This document shows, piece by piece, positions 29,101 to 42,900 of a stretch of DNA of 64,000 nt. The notes beneath the pieces were generated by a model that saw nothing but the letters and a program-made list of their open reading frames with translations, ran no database searches and was not told the origin of the DNA. Position 1 is the first letter of the stretch; the number at the start of each line of letters is the position of its first letter. Where the stretch lies: the NCBI RefSeq assembly GCF_009914755.1, contig NC_060946.1; one strand, given 5' to 3'. The position numbers were made by a program, and so were the translations under genes. Origin of the DNA: the human T2T-CHM13v2.0 reference genome, Homo sapiens.

Positions 29101-30930
29101 TGCCTACAGGGGACATTGTGACATATCTCTTCAATGATCACTCATGTGATGCATCTCTTGCCTAGGCTTTGCCTACAGGGGACATCGTGACATATCTCTG
29201 CACTGATCTCCCAGGTGCTGTAAGTTTAGTCTAGGCTCTGGCTACACGGCATTGTGACATATCACTGCACTGATCAACCAGGTGATAAAACTCTTGTATA
29301 GGCTCTGCCTACAGGGGGATTGTGACCTACCTCTGCACTGATCACCCAGGTGATATAACTCTTCTCTAGGATCTTCCTACAGGGTACTTTGTGACATATC
29401 CCTGCACTGATCACCCAGGTGATCTATCTCTGGTCTAAGCTCTGCCTAAAGGGGCATTGTGACAAATCTCTGCACTGATCACTCAGGTGATGTAAGTATT
29501 GTCTAGGCTCTGCTTCAAGGGGCCTTGTCACATATCTCTGCACTGATCACCCAGGTGATGTAACTCTTGTCTAGGCTCTGCTTCCAGGGCATATTGTGAC
29601 ATATATATGCACTGATCACCTTAGTGATGTAACACTTTGGTAGGCTCGGCCTACAGGGGAATCTTGACATATCTCTGCACTGTGACCCGAGGTGATTTAA
29701 CTGTTGTCTAGGCTGTGCCCACAGGGGGATTGAGACATATCTCTGCACTGATCCCGAGGTGATACAACTCTTGCCTGGTCTCTGCCTACTGTGGACATTG
29801 TGACATATCTCTGCACTGATCTCCCAGGTGCTGTAACTTTAGTCTAGGCTCTGGCTACACGGCATTGTGACATATCACTGCACTGATCACCCAGGCGATA
29901 TAACTGTTCTCTAGGATCTGACCACAGGGTGCTTTGTGACATATCCCTGCAATGATCACCCAGGTGATATACCACTTGCCAAGGCTCTGCCTACAGGGGC
30001 ATTGCAATGTATCTCTGCACTGATCACCTAGGTCTTGTAGCTATTTTCTAGGATCTGCCTACAGGGTGCTTTGTGACGTGTCCCAGCAAGGATTACCCAG
30101 GTGATGTACCTCTCATCAAGGCTCTGCCTACAGGGACATTGTGATGTATCTCTGCACTGATCACCTAGGTCATGTAAATTTTGTCTAGGCTCTACCTACG
30201 ATGGCATTGTGACATATCTCTGCACTAATCATCCAAGTGATGTAACTCTTGTCTAGGATGTGCCTAAATTAACTTTTTGACATAACCCTGTACTGATCAT
30301 CCAGGTGATGGAGCTTTTGTCTAGGCTCTGCCTAAGGGGGCATTGTGATATGTTTCTGCATTGATCCCCCAGGTGGCGAACTCGTCTCTCGGATCTGCCT
30401 ATGGGGGCATTGTGAGAAATCTCTGCACTGATCACCCAGGTGATGTAACTGTTGTGTAACCTCTGCCTACAGGGGAATTGTGAGAGATCTCGCCACTGAT
30501 TACCCAAGTGATGTAACCGTTGTCTAGGCTTTGCGTACAGGGGGCTTTGTGACATACCTTTGCACTGATCACCCAGGTGATGTAACACATCTAAGTTCGG
30601 CCTAAAGGAGCTTTGTGATATATCTCTGCACTGATCGCTTAGGTGATGTAACACTTTTATAATCACTGCCTACAGGGAATTTTGACAAATCTCTGCACTG
30701 ATCACCTAGGTGATGTAACTCTTGTCTACCCTCTGTCCAACGGGGCATTGTGAAATATCTCTGCACTGATCACCCAGCTGATTCAACTCTTGACTAGGAA
30801 CTGCCTACAGAGGTTATTGTGAAATATCTCTGCACTGATAAATTAGGTGCTGTAACCCTTGTCCAAGCTCTGCCTTCACGGGCGTTTCCACATATCCCTG
30901 AACTGATGACAGAGGTGATGTTACTCTTGC
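14190..30930 (+). repeat. Three tandem near-identical copies of a 5581-bp super-HOR (27+27+28 = 82 monomers)
   Basis: HOR spacings cycle 1837/1838/1906. Private variants (gcctatagggg, ccaggtaatc, aaaggcgcat, ctctagctac, ccttcacgggcg) recur at exactly +5581 and +11162. Ends are approximate (+/-80 bp). Confidence 0.92.
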
Positions 30931-33900
30931 CTAGGCTTTGCCTACAGGGAACATTGGACATATATCTGCACTGATCACCCAGGTGATGCAACTCTTGCCT
31001 AGGCTTTGCCTACAGGGGACATTGTGACATATCTCTTCAATGATCACTCATGTGATGCATCTCTTGCCTAGGCTTTGCCTACAGGGGACATTGTGACATA
31101 TCTCTGCACTGATCTCCCAGGTGCTGTAACTTTAGTCTAGGCTCTGGCTACACGGCATTGTGACATATCACTGCACTGATCAACCAGGTGATAAAACTCT
31201 TGTATAGGCTCTGCCTACAGGGGGATTGTGACCTACCTCTGCCCTGATCACCCAGGTGATATAACTCTTCTCTAGGATCTTCCTACAGGGTACTTTGAGA
31301 CATATCCCTGCACTGATCACCCAGGTGATCAATCTCTGGTCTACGCTCTGTCTAAAGGGGCATTGTGACAGATCTCTGCACTGATCACTCAGGTGATGTA
31401 AGTATTGTCTAGGCTCTGCTTCAAGTGGCCTTGTCACATATCTCTGCACTGATCACACAGGTGATGTAACTCTTGTCTAGGCTCTGCTTCCAGGGCATAT
31501 TGTGACATATCTATGCACTGATCACCTTAGTGATGTAACACTTTGGTAGGCTCGGCCTACAGGGGAATCTTGACATATCTCTGCACTGTTAACCGAGGTG
31601 ATTTAACTCTTGTCTAGGCTGTGCCCACAGGGGGATTGAGACATATCTCTGCACTGATCCCGAGGTGATACAATTCTTGCCTGGTCTCTGCCTACTGTGG
31701 ACCTTGTGACATATCTCTTCACTGATCTCCCAGGTGCTGTAACTTTAGTCTAGGCTCTGGCTACACGGCATTGTGACATATCACTGCACTGATCACCCAG
31801 GCGATATAACTCTTCTCTAGGATCTGACCACAGGGTGCTTTGTGACATATCCCTGCAATGATCACCCAGGTGATATACCACTTGCCAAGGCTCTGCCTAC
31901 AGGGGCATTGCAATGTATCTCTGCACTGATCACCTAGGTCTTGTAGCTATTTTCTAGGATCTGCCTACAGGGTGCTTTGTGACGTGTCCCAGCAAGGATT
32001 ACCCAGGTGATGTACCTCTCATCAAGGCTCTGCCTACAGGCACATTGTGATGTATCTCTGCACTGATCACCTAGGTCATGTAAAGTTTGTCTACGCTCTA
32101 CCTACGATGGCATTGTGACATATCTCTGCACTAATCATCCAAGTGATGTAACTCTTGTCTAGGATGTGCCTAAATTAACTTTTTGACATAACCCTGTACT
32201 GATCATCCAGGTGATGGAGCTTTTGTCTAGGCTCTGCCTAAGGGGGCATTGTGACATATTTCTGCATTGATCCCCCAGGTGGCGAACTCTTCTCTCGGAT
32301 CTGCCTATGGGGGCATTGTGAGAAATCTCTGCACTGATCACCCAGGTGATGTAACTGTTGTGTAACCTCTGCCTACAGGGGAATTATGAGAGATCTCGCC
32401 ACTGATTACCCAAGTGATGTAACCGTTGTCTAGGCTTTGCGTACAGGGGGCTTTGTGACATACCTTTGCACTGATCACCCAGGTGATGTAACACATCGAA
32501 GTTCGGCCTAAAGGAGCTTTGTGACATATCTCTGCACTGATCGCTTAGGTGATGTAACACTTTTATAATCACTGCCTACAGGGAATTTTGACAAATCTCT
32601 GCACTGATCACCTAGGTGATGTAACTCTTGTCTACCCTCTGTCCAACGGGGCATTGTGAAATATCTCTGCACTGATCACCCAGGTGATTCAACTCTTGAC
32701 TAGGAACTGCCTACAGAGGTTATTGTGAAATATCTCTGCACTGGTAAACTAGGTGCTGTAACCCTTGTCCAAGCTCTGCCTACAGGGGCGTTTCCACATA
32801 TCCCTGAACTGATGACAGAGGTGATGTAACTCTTGCCTAGGCTTTGCCTACAGGGAACATTGGACATATATCTGCACTGATCACCCAGGTGATGCAACTC
32901 TTGTCTAGGCTTTGCCTACAGAGGACATTGTGACATTTCTCTTCAATGATCACTCATGTGATGCATCTCTTGCCTAGGCTTTGCCTACAGGGGACATTGT
33001 GACATATCTCTGCACTGATCTCCCAGGTGCTGTAACTTTAGTCTAGGCTCTGGCTACACGGCATTGTGACATATCACTGCACTGATCAAGCAGGTGATAA
33101 AACTCTTGTATAGGCTCTGCCTACAGGGGGATTGTGACCTACCTCTGCACTGATCACCCAGGTGATATAACTCTTCTCTAGGATCTTCCTACAGGGTACT
33201 TTGTGACATATCCCTGCACTGATCACCCAGGTGATCTATCTCTGGTCTAAGCTCTGCCTAAAGGGGCATTGTGACAGATCTCTGCACTGATCACTCAGGT
33301 GATGTAAGTATTGTCTAGGCTCTGCTTCAAGGGGCCTTGTCACATATCTCTGCACTGATCACCCAGGTGATGTAACTCTTGTCTAGGCTCTGCTTCCAGG
33401 GCATATTGTGACATATCTATGCACTGATCACCTTAGTGATGTAACACTTTGGTAGGCTCGGCCTACAGGGGAATCTTGACATATCTCTGCACTGTTAACC
33501 GAGGTGATTTAACTCTTGTCTAGGCTGTGCCCACAGGGGGATTGAGACATATCTCTGCACTGATCCCGAGGTGATACAACTCTTGCCGGGTCTCTGCCTA
33601 CTGTGGACATTGTGACATATCTCTGCACTGATCTCCCAGGTGCTGTAACTTTATTCTAGGCTCTGGCTACACGGCATTGTGACATATCACTGCACTGATC
33701 ACCCAGGCGATATAACTCTTCTCTAGGATCTGACCACAGGGTGCTTTGTGACATATTCCTGCAATGATCACCCAGGTGATATACCACATGCCAAGGCTTT
33801 GCCTACAGAGGCATTGCAATGTATCTCTGCACTGATCACCTAGGTCTTGTAGCTATTTTGTAGGATCTGCCTACAGGGTGCTTTGTGACGTGTCCCAGCA

Positions 33901-36900
33901 AGGATTACCCAGGTGATGTACCTCTCATCAAGGCTCTGCCTACAGGCACATTGTGATGTATCTCTGCACTGATCACCTAGGTCATGTAAATTTTGTCTAG
34001 GCTCTACCTACGATTGCATTGTGACATATCTCTGCACTAATCATCCAAGTGATGTAACTCTTGTCTAGGATGTGCCTAAATTAACTTTTTGACATAACCC
34101 TGTACTGATCATCCAGGTGATGGAGCTTTTGTCTTGGCTCTGCCTAAGGGGGCATTGTGACATATTTCTGCATTGATCCCCCAGGTGGCGAACTCTTCTC
34201 TCGGATCTGCCTATGGGGGCATTGTGAGAAATCTCTGCACTGATCACCCAGGTGATGTAACTGTTGTGTAACCCCTGCCTACAGGGGAATTGTGAGAGAT
34301 CTCGCCACAGATTACCCAAGTGATGTAACCGTTGTCTAGGCTTTGCGTACAGGGGGCTTTTTGACATACCTTTGCACTGATCACCCAGGTGATGTAACAC
34401 ATCTAAGTTCGGCCTAAAGGAGCTTTGTGACATATCTCTGCACTGATCGCTTAGGTGATGTAACACTTTTATAATCACTGCCTACAGGGAATTTTGACAA
34501 ATCTCTGCACTGATCACCTATGTGATGTAACTCTTGTCTACCCTCTGTCCAACGGGGCATTGTGAAATATCTCTGCACTGATCACCCAGGTGATTCAACT
34601 CTTGACTAGGAACTGCCTACAGAGGTTATTGTGAAATATCTCTGCACTGATAATCTAGGTGGTGTAACCCTTGTCCAAGCTCTGCCTACAGGGGCGTTTC
34701 CACATATCCCTGAACTGATGACAGAGGTGATGTAACTCTTGCCTAGGCTTTGCCTACAGGGAACATTGGACATATATCTGCACTGATCACCCAGGTGATG
34801 CAACTCTTGCCTAGGCTTTGCCTACAGGGGACATTGTGACATATCTCTTCAATGATCACTCATGTGATGCATCTCTTGCCTAGGCTTTGCCTACAGGGGA
34901 CATTGTGACATATCTCTGCACTGATCTCCCAGGTGCTGTAACTTTAGTCTAGGCTCTGGCTACACGGCATTGTGACATATCACTGCACTGATCAACCAGG
35001 TGCTATAACTCTTGTATAGGCTCTGCCTACAGGGGGATTGTGACCTACCTCTGCACTGATCACCCAGGTGATATAACTCTTCTCTAGGATCTTCCTACAG
35101 GGTACTTTGTGACATATCCCTGCACTGATCACCCAGGTGATCTATCTCTGGTCTAAGCTCTGCCTAAAGGGGCATTGTGACAGATCTCTGCACTGATCAC
35201 TCAGGTGATGTAAGTATTGTCTAGGCTCTGCTTCAAGGGGCCTTGTCACATATCTCTGCACTGATCACCCAGGTGATGTAACTCTTGTCTAGGCTCTGCT
35301 TCCAGGGCATATTGTGACATATCTATGCACTGATCACCTTAGTGATGTAACACTTTGGTAGGCTCGGCCTACAGGGGAATCTTGACATATCTCTGCACTG
35401 TTAACCGAGGTGATTTAACTCTTGTCTAGGCTGTGCCCACAGGGGGATTGAGACATATCTCTGCACTGATCCCGAGGTGATACAACTCTTGCCGGGTCTC
35501 TGCCTACTGTGGACATTGTGACATATCTCTGCACTGATCTCCCAGGTGCTGTAACTTTATTCTAGGCTCTGGCTACACGGCATTGTGACATATCACTGCA
35601 CTGATCACCCAGGCGATATAACTCTTCTCTAGGATCTGACCACAGGGTGCTTTGTGACATATTCCTGCAATGATCACCCAGGTGATATACCACATGCCAA
35701 GGCTTTGCCTACAGAGGCATTGCAATGTATCTCTGCACTGATCACCTAGGTCTTGTAGCTATTTTGTAGGATCTGCCTACAGGGTGCTTTGTGACGTGTC
35801 CCAGCAAGGATTACCCAGGTGATGTACCTCTCATCAAGGCTCTGCCTACAGGCACATTGTGATGTATCTCTGCACTGATCACCTAGGTCATGTAAATTTT
35901 GTCTAGGCTCTACCTACGATTGCATTGTGACATATCTCTGCACTAATCATCCAAGTGATGTAACTCTTGTCTAGGATGTGCCTAAATTAACTTTTTGACA
36001 TAACCCTGTACTGATCATCCAGGTGATGGAGCTTTTGTCTTGGCTCTGCCTAAGGGGGCATTGTGACATATTTCTGCATTGATCCCCCAGGTGGCGAACT
36101 CTTCTCTCGGATCTGCCTATGGGGGCATTGTGAGAAATCTCTGCACTGATCACCCAGGTGATGTAACTGTTGTGTAACCCCTGCCTACAGGGGAATTGTG
36201 AGAGATCTCGCCACAGATTACCCAAGTGATGTAACCGTTGTCTAGGCTTTGCGTACAGGGGGCTTTTTGACATACCTTTGCACTGATCACCCAGGTGATG
36301 TAACACATCTAAGTTCGGCCTAAAGGAGCTTTGTGACATATCTCTGCACTGATCGCTTAGGTGATGTAACACTTTTATAATCACTGCCTACAGGGAATTT
36401 TGACAAATCTCTGCACTGATCACCTATGTGATGTAACTCTTGTCTACCCTCTGTCCAACGGGGCATTGTGAAATATCTCTGCACTGATCACCCAGGTGAT
36501 TCAACTCTTGACTAGGAACTGCCTACAGAGGTTATTGTGAAATATCTCTGCACTGATAATCTAGGTGGTGTAACCCTTGTCCAAGCTCTGCCTACAGGGG
36601 CGTTTCCACATATCCCTGAACTGATGACAGAGGTGATGTAACTCTTGCCTAGGCTTTGCCTACAGGGAACATTGGACATATATCTGCACTGATCACCCAG
36701 GTGATGCAACTCTTGCCTAGGCTTTGCCTACAGGGGACATTGTGACATATCTCTTCAATGATCACTCATGTGATGCATCTCTTGCCTAGGCTTTGCCTAC
36801 AGGGGACATTGTGACATATCTCTGCACTGATCTCCCAGGTGCTGTAACTTTAGTCTAGGCTCTGGCTACACGGCATTGTGACATATCACTGCACTGATCA

Positions 36901-39900
36901 ACCAGGTGCTATAACTCTTGTATAGGCTCTGCCTACAGGGGGATTGTGACCTACCTCTGCACTGATCACCCAGGTGATATAACTCTTCTCTAGGATCTTC
37001 CTACAGGGTACTTTGTGACATATCCCTGCACTGATCACCCAGGTGATCTATCTCTGGTCTAAGCTCTGCCTAAAGGGGCATTGTGACAGATCTCTGCACT
37101 GATCACTCAGGTGATGTAAGTATTGTCTAGGCTCTGCTTCAAGGGGCCTTGTCACATATCTCTGCACTGATCACCCAGGTGATGTAACTCTTGTCTAGGC
37201 TCTGATTCCAGGGCATATTGTGACATATCTATGCACTGATCACCTTAGTGATGTAACACTTTGGTAGGCTCGGCATACAGGGGAATCTTGACATATCTCT
37301 GCACTGTTAACCGAGGTGATTTAACTCTTGTCTAGGCTGTGCCCACAGGGGGATTGAGACATATCTCTGCACTAATCCCGAGGTGATACAATTCTTGCCT
37401 GGTCTCTGCCTACTGTGGACCTTGTGACATATCTCTGCACTGATCTCCCAGGTGCTGTAACTTTAGTCTAGGCTCTGGCTACACGGCATTGTGACATATC
37501 ACTGCACTGATCACCCAGGCGATATAACTCTTCTCTAGGATCTGACCACAGGGTGCTTTGTGACATATCCCTGCAATGATCACCCAGGTGATATACCACT
37601 TGCCAAGGCTCTGCCTACAGGGGCATTGCAATGTGTCTCTGCACTGATCACCTAGGTCTTGTAGCTATTTTCTAGGATCTGCCTACAGGGTGCTTTGTGA
37701 CGTGTCCCAGCAAGGATTACCCAGGTGATGTACCTCTCATCAAGGCTCTGCCTACAGGCACATTGTGATGTATCTCTGCACTGATCACCTAGGTCATGTA
37801 AATTTTGTCTAGGCTCTACCTACGATGGCATTGTGACATATCTCTGCACTAATCATCCAAGTGATGTAACTCTTGTCTAGGATGTGCCTAAATTAACTTT
37901 TTGACATAACCCTGTACTGATCATCCAGGTGATGGAGCTTTTGTCTAGGCTCTGCCTAAGGGGGCATTGTGACATATTTCTGCATTGATCCCCCAGGTGG
38001 CGAACTCTTCTCTCGGATCTGCCTATGGGGGCATTGTGAGAAATCTCTGCACTGATCACCCAGGTGATGTAACTGTTGTGTAACCTCTGCCTACAGGGGA
38101 ATTGTGAGAGATCTCGCCACTGATTACCCAAGTGATGTAACCGTTGTCTAGGCTTTGCGTACAGGGGGCTTTGTGACATACCTTTGCACTGATCACCCAG
38201 GTGATGTAACACATCTAAGTTCGGCCTAAAGGAGCTTTGTGACATATCTCTGCACTGATCGCTTAGGTGATGTAACACTTTTATAATCACTGCCTACAGG
38301 GAATTTTGACAAATCTCTGCACTGATCACCTAGGTGATGTAACTCTTGTCTACCCTCTGTCCAACGGGGCATTGTGAAATATCTCTGCACAGATCACCCA
38401 GGTGATTCAACTCTTGACTAGGAACTGCCTACAGAGGTTATTGTGAAATATCTCTGCACTGATAAACTAGGTGGTGCAACCCTTGTCCAAGCTCTGCCTA
38501 CAGGGGCGTTTCCACATATCCCTGAACAGATGACAGTGGTGATGTAACTCTTGCCTAGGCTTTGCCTACAGGGAACATTGGACATATATCTGCACTGATC
38601 ACCCAGGTGATGCAACTCTTGCCTAGGCTTTGCCTACAGGGGACATTGTGACATATCTCTTCAATGATCACTCATGTGATGCATCTCTTGCCTAGGCTTT
38701 GCCTACAGGGGACATTGTGACATATCTCTGCACTGATCTCCCAGGTGCTGTAACTTTAGTCTAGGCTCTGGCTACACGGCATTGTGACATATCACTGCAC
38801 TGATCAACCAGGTGCTATAACTCTTGTATAGGCTCTGCCTACAGGGGGATTGTGACCTACCTCTGCACTGATCACCCAGGTGATATAACTCTTCTCTAGG
38901 ATCTTCCTACAGGGTACTTTGTGACATATCCCTGCACTGATCACCCAGGTGATCTATCTCTGGTCTAAGCTCTGCCTAAAGGGGCATTGTGACAGATCTC
39001 TGCACTGATCACTCAGGTGATGTAAGTATTGTCTAGGCTCTGCTTCAGGGGGCCTTGTCACATATCTCTGCACTGATCACCCAGGTGATGTAACTCTTGT
39101 CTAGGCTCTGCTTCCAGGGCATATTGTGACATATCTATGCACTGATCACCTTAGTGATGTAACACTTTGGTAGGCTCGGCATACAGGGGAATCTTGACAT
39201 ATCTCTGCACTGTTAACCGAGGTGATTTAACTCTTGTCTAGGCTGTGCCCACAGGGGGATTGAGACATATCTCTGCACTAATCCCGAGGTGATACAATTC
39301 TTGCCTGGTCTCTGCCTACTGTGGACCTTGTGACATATCTCTGCACTGATCTCCCAGGTGCTGTAACTTTAGTCTAGGCTCTGGCTACACGGCATTGTGA
39401 CATATCACTGCACTGATCACCCAGGCGATATAACTCTTCTCTAGGATCTGACGACAGGGTGCTTTGTGACATATCCCTGCAATGATCACCCAGGTGATAT
39501 ACCACTTGCCAAGGCTCTGCCTACAGGGGCATTGCAATGTATCTCTGCACTGATCACCTAGGTCTTGTAGCTATTTTCTAGGATCTGCCTACAGGGTGCT
39601 TTGTGACGTGTCCCAGCAAGGATTACCCAGGTGATGTACCTCTCATCAAGGCTCTGCCTACAGGCACATTGTGATGTATCTCTGCACTGATCACCTAGGT
39701 CATGTAAATTTTGTCTAGGCTCTACCTACGATGGCATTGTGACATATCTCTGCACTAATCATCCAAGTGATGTAACTCTTGTCTAGGATGTGCCTAAATT
39801 AACTTTTTGACATAACCCTGTACTGATCATCCAGGTGATGGAGCTTTTGTCTAGGCTCTGCCTAAGGGGGCATTGTGACATATTTCTGCATTGATCCCCC

Positions 39901-42900
39901 AGGTGGCGAACTCTTCTCTCGGATCTGCCTATGGGGGCATTGTGAGAAATCTCTGCACTGATCACCCAGGTGATGTAACTGTTGTGTAACCTCTGCCTAC
40001 AGGGGAATTGTGAGAGATCTCGCCACTGATTACCCAAGTGATGTAACCGTTGTCTAGGCTTTGCGTACAGGGGGCTTTGTGACATACCTTTGCACTGATC
40101 ACCCAGGTGATGTAACACATCTAAGTTCGGCCTAAAGGAGCTTTGTGACATATCTCTGCACTGATCGCTTAGGTGATGTAACACTTTTATAATCACTGCC
40201 TACAGGGAATTTTGACAAATCTCTGCACTGATCACCTAGGTTATGTAACCCTTGTCTACCCTCTGTCCAACGGGGCATTGTGAAATATCTCTGCACAGAT
40301 CACCCAGGTGATTCAACTCTTGACTAGGAACTGCCTACAGAGGTTATTGTGAAATATCTCTGCACTGATAAACTAGGTGGTGTAACCCTTGTCCAAGCTC
40401 TGCCTACAGGGGCGTTTCCACATATCCCTGAACAGATGACAGTGGTGATGTAACTCTTGCCTAGGCTTTGCCTACAGGGAACATTGGACATATATCTGCA
40501 CTGATCACCCAGGTGATGCAACTCTTGCCTAGGCTTTGCCTACAGGGGACATTGTGACATATCTCTTCAATGATCACTCATGTGATGCATCTCTTGCCTA
40601 GGCTTTGCCTACAGGGGACATTGTGACATATCTCTGCACTGATCTCCCAGGTGCTATAACTTTAGTCTAGGCTCTGGCTACACGGCATTGTGACATATCA
40701 CTGCACTGATCAACCAGGTGATATAACTCTTGTATAGGCTCTGCCTACAGGGGGATAGTGACCTACCTCTGCACTGATCACCCAGGTGATATAACTCTTC
40801 TCTAGGATCTTCCTACAGGGTACTTTGTGACATATCCCTGCACTGATCACCCAGGTGATCTATCTCTGGTCTAAGCTCTGCCTAAAGGGGCATTGTGACT
40901 GATCTCTGCACTGATCACTCAGGTGATGTTAGTATTGTCTAGGCTCTGCTTCAAGGGGCCTTGTCACATATCTCTGCACTGATCACCCAGGTGATGTAAC
41001 TCTTGTCTAGGCTCTGCTTCCAGGGCATATTGTGACATATCTATGCACTGATCACCTTAGTGATGTAACACTTTGGTAGGCTCGGCCTACAGGGGAATCT
41101 TGACATATCTCTGCACTGTCAACCGAGGTGATTTAACTCTTGTCTAGGCTGTGCCCACAGGGGGATTGAGACATCTCTCTGCACTGATCCCGAGGTGATA
41201 CAACTCTTGCCTGGTCTCTGCCTACGGTGGACATTGTGACATATCTCTGCACTGATCTCCCAGGTTCTGTAACTTTAGTCTAGGCTCTGGCTACACGGCA
41301 TTGTGACATATCACTGCACTGATCACCCAGGCGATATAACTCTTCTCTAGGATCTGACCACAGGGTGCTTTGTGACATATCCCTGCAATGATCACCCAGG
41401 TGATATACCAATTGCCAAGGCTCTGCCTACAGGGTCATTGCAATGTATCTCTGCACTGATCACCTAGGTCTTGTAGCTATTTTCTAGGATCTGCCTACAG
41501 GGTGCTTTGTGACGTGTCCCAGCAAGGATTACCCAGGTGATGTACCTCTCATCAAGGCTCTGCCTACAGGCACATTGTGATGTATCTCTGCACTGATCAC
41601 CTAGGTCATGTAAATTTTGTCTAGGCTCTACCTACGATGGAATTGTGACATATCTCTGCACTAATCATCCAAGTGATGTAACTCTTGTCTAGGATGTGCC
41701 TAAATTAACTTTTTGACATAACCCTGTACTGATCATCCAGGTGATGGAGCTTTTGTCTAGGCTCTGCCTAAGGGGGCATTGTGACATATTTCTGCATTGA
41801 TCCCCCAGGTGGCGAACTCTTCTCTCGGATCTGCCTATGGGGGCATTGTGAGAAATCTCTGCACTGATCACCCAGGTGATGTAACTGTTGTGTAACCTCT
41901 GCCTACAGGGGAATTGTGAGAGATCTCGCCACTGATTACCCAAGTGATGTAACCGTTGTCTAGGCTTTGCGTACAGGGGGCTTTGTGACATACCTTTGCA
42001 CTGATCACCCAGGTGATGTAACACATCTAAGTTCGGCCTAAAGGAGCTTTGTGACATATCTCTGCACTGATCGCTTAGGTGATGTAACACTTTTATAATC
42101 ACTGCCTACAGGGAATTTTGACAAATCTCTGCACTGATCACCTAGGTGATGTAAATCTTGTCTTCCCTCTGTCCAACGGGGCATTGTGAAATATCTCTGC
42201 ACTGATCACCCAGGTGATTCAACTCTTGACTAGGAACTGCCTACAGAGGTTATTGTGAAATATCTCTGCACTGATAAACTAGGTGGTGTAACACTTGTCC
42301 AAGCTCTGCCTACAGGGGCGTTTCCACATATCCCTGAACTGATGACAGAGGTGATGTAACTCTTGCCTAGGCTTTGCCTACAGGGCACATTGGACATATA
42401 TCTGCACTTATCACCCAGGTGATGCAACTCTTGCCTAGGCTTTGCCTACAGGGGACATTGTGACATATCTCTTCAATGATCACTCATGTGATGCATCTCT
42501 TGCCTAGGCTTTGCCTACAGGGGACATTGTGACATATCTCTGCACTGATCTCCCAGGTGCTGTAACTTTAGTCTACGCTCTGGCTACACGGCATTGTGAC
42601 ATATCACTGCACTGATCAACCAGGTGATATAACTCTTGTATAGGCTCTGTCTACAGAGGGATTGTGACCTACCTCTGCACTGATCACCCAGGTGATATAA
42701 CTCTTCTCTAGGATCTTCCTACAGGTTACTTTGTGACATATCCCTGCACTGATCACCCAGGTGATCTATCTCTGGTCTAAGCTCTGCCTAAAGGGGCATT
42801 GTGACAGATCTCTGCACTGATCACTCAGGTGATGTAAGTATTGTCTAGGCTCTGCTTCAAGGGGCCTTGTCACATATCTCTGCACTGATCACCCAGGTGA

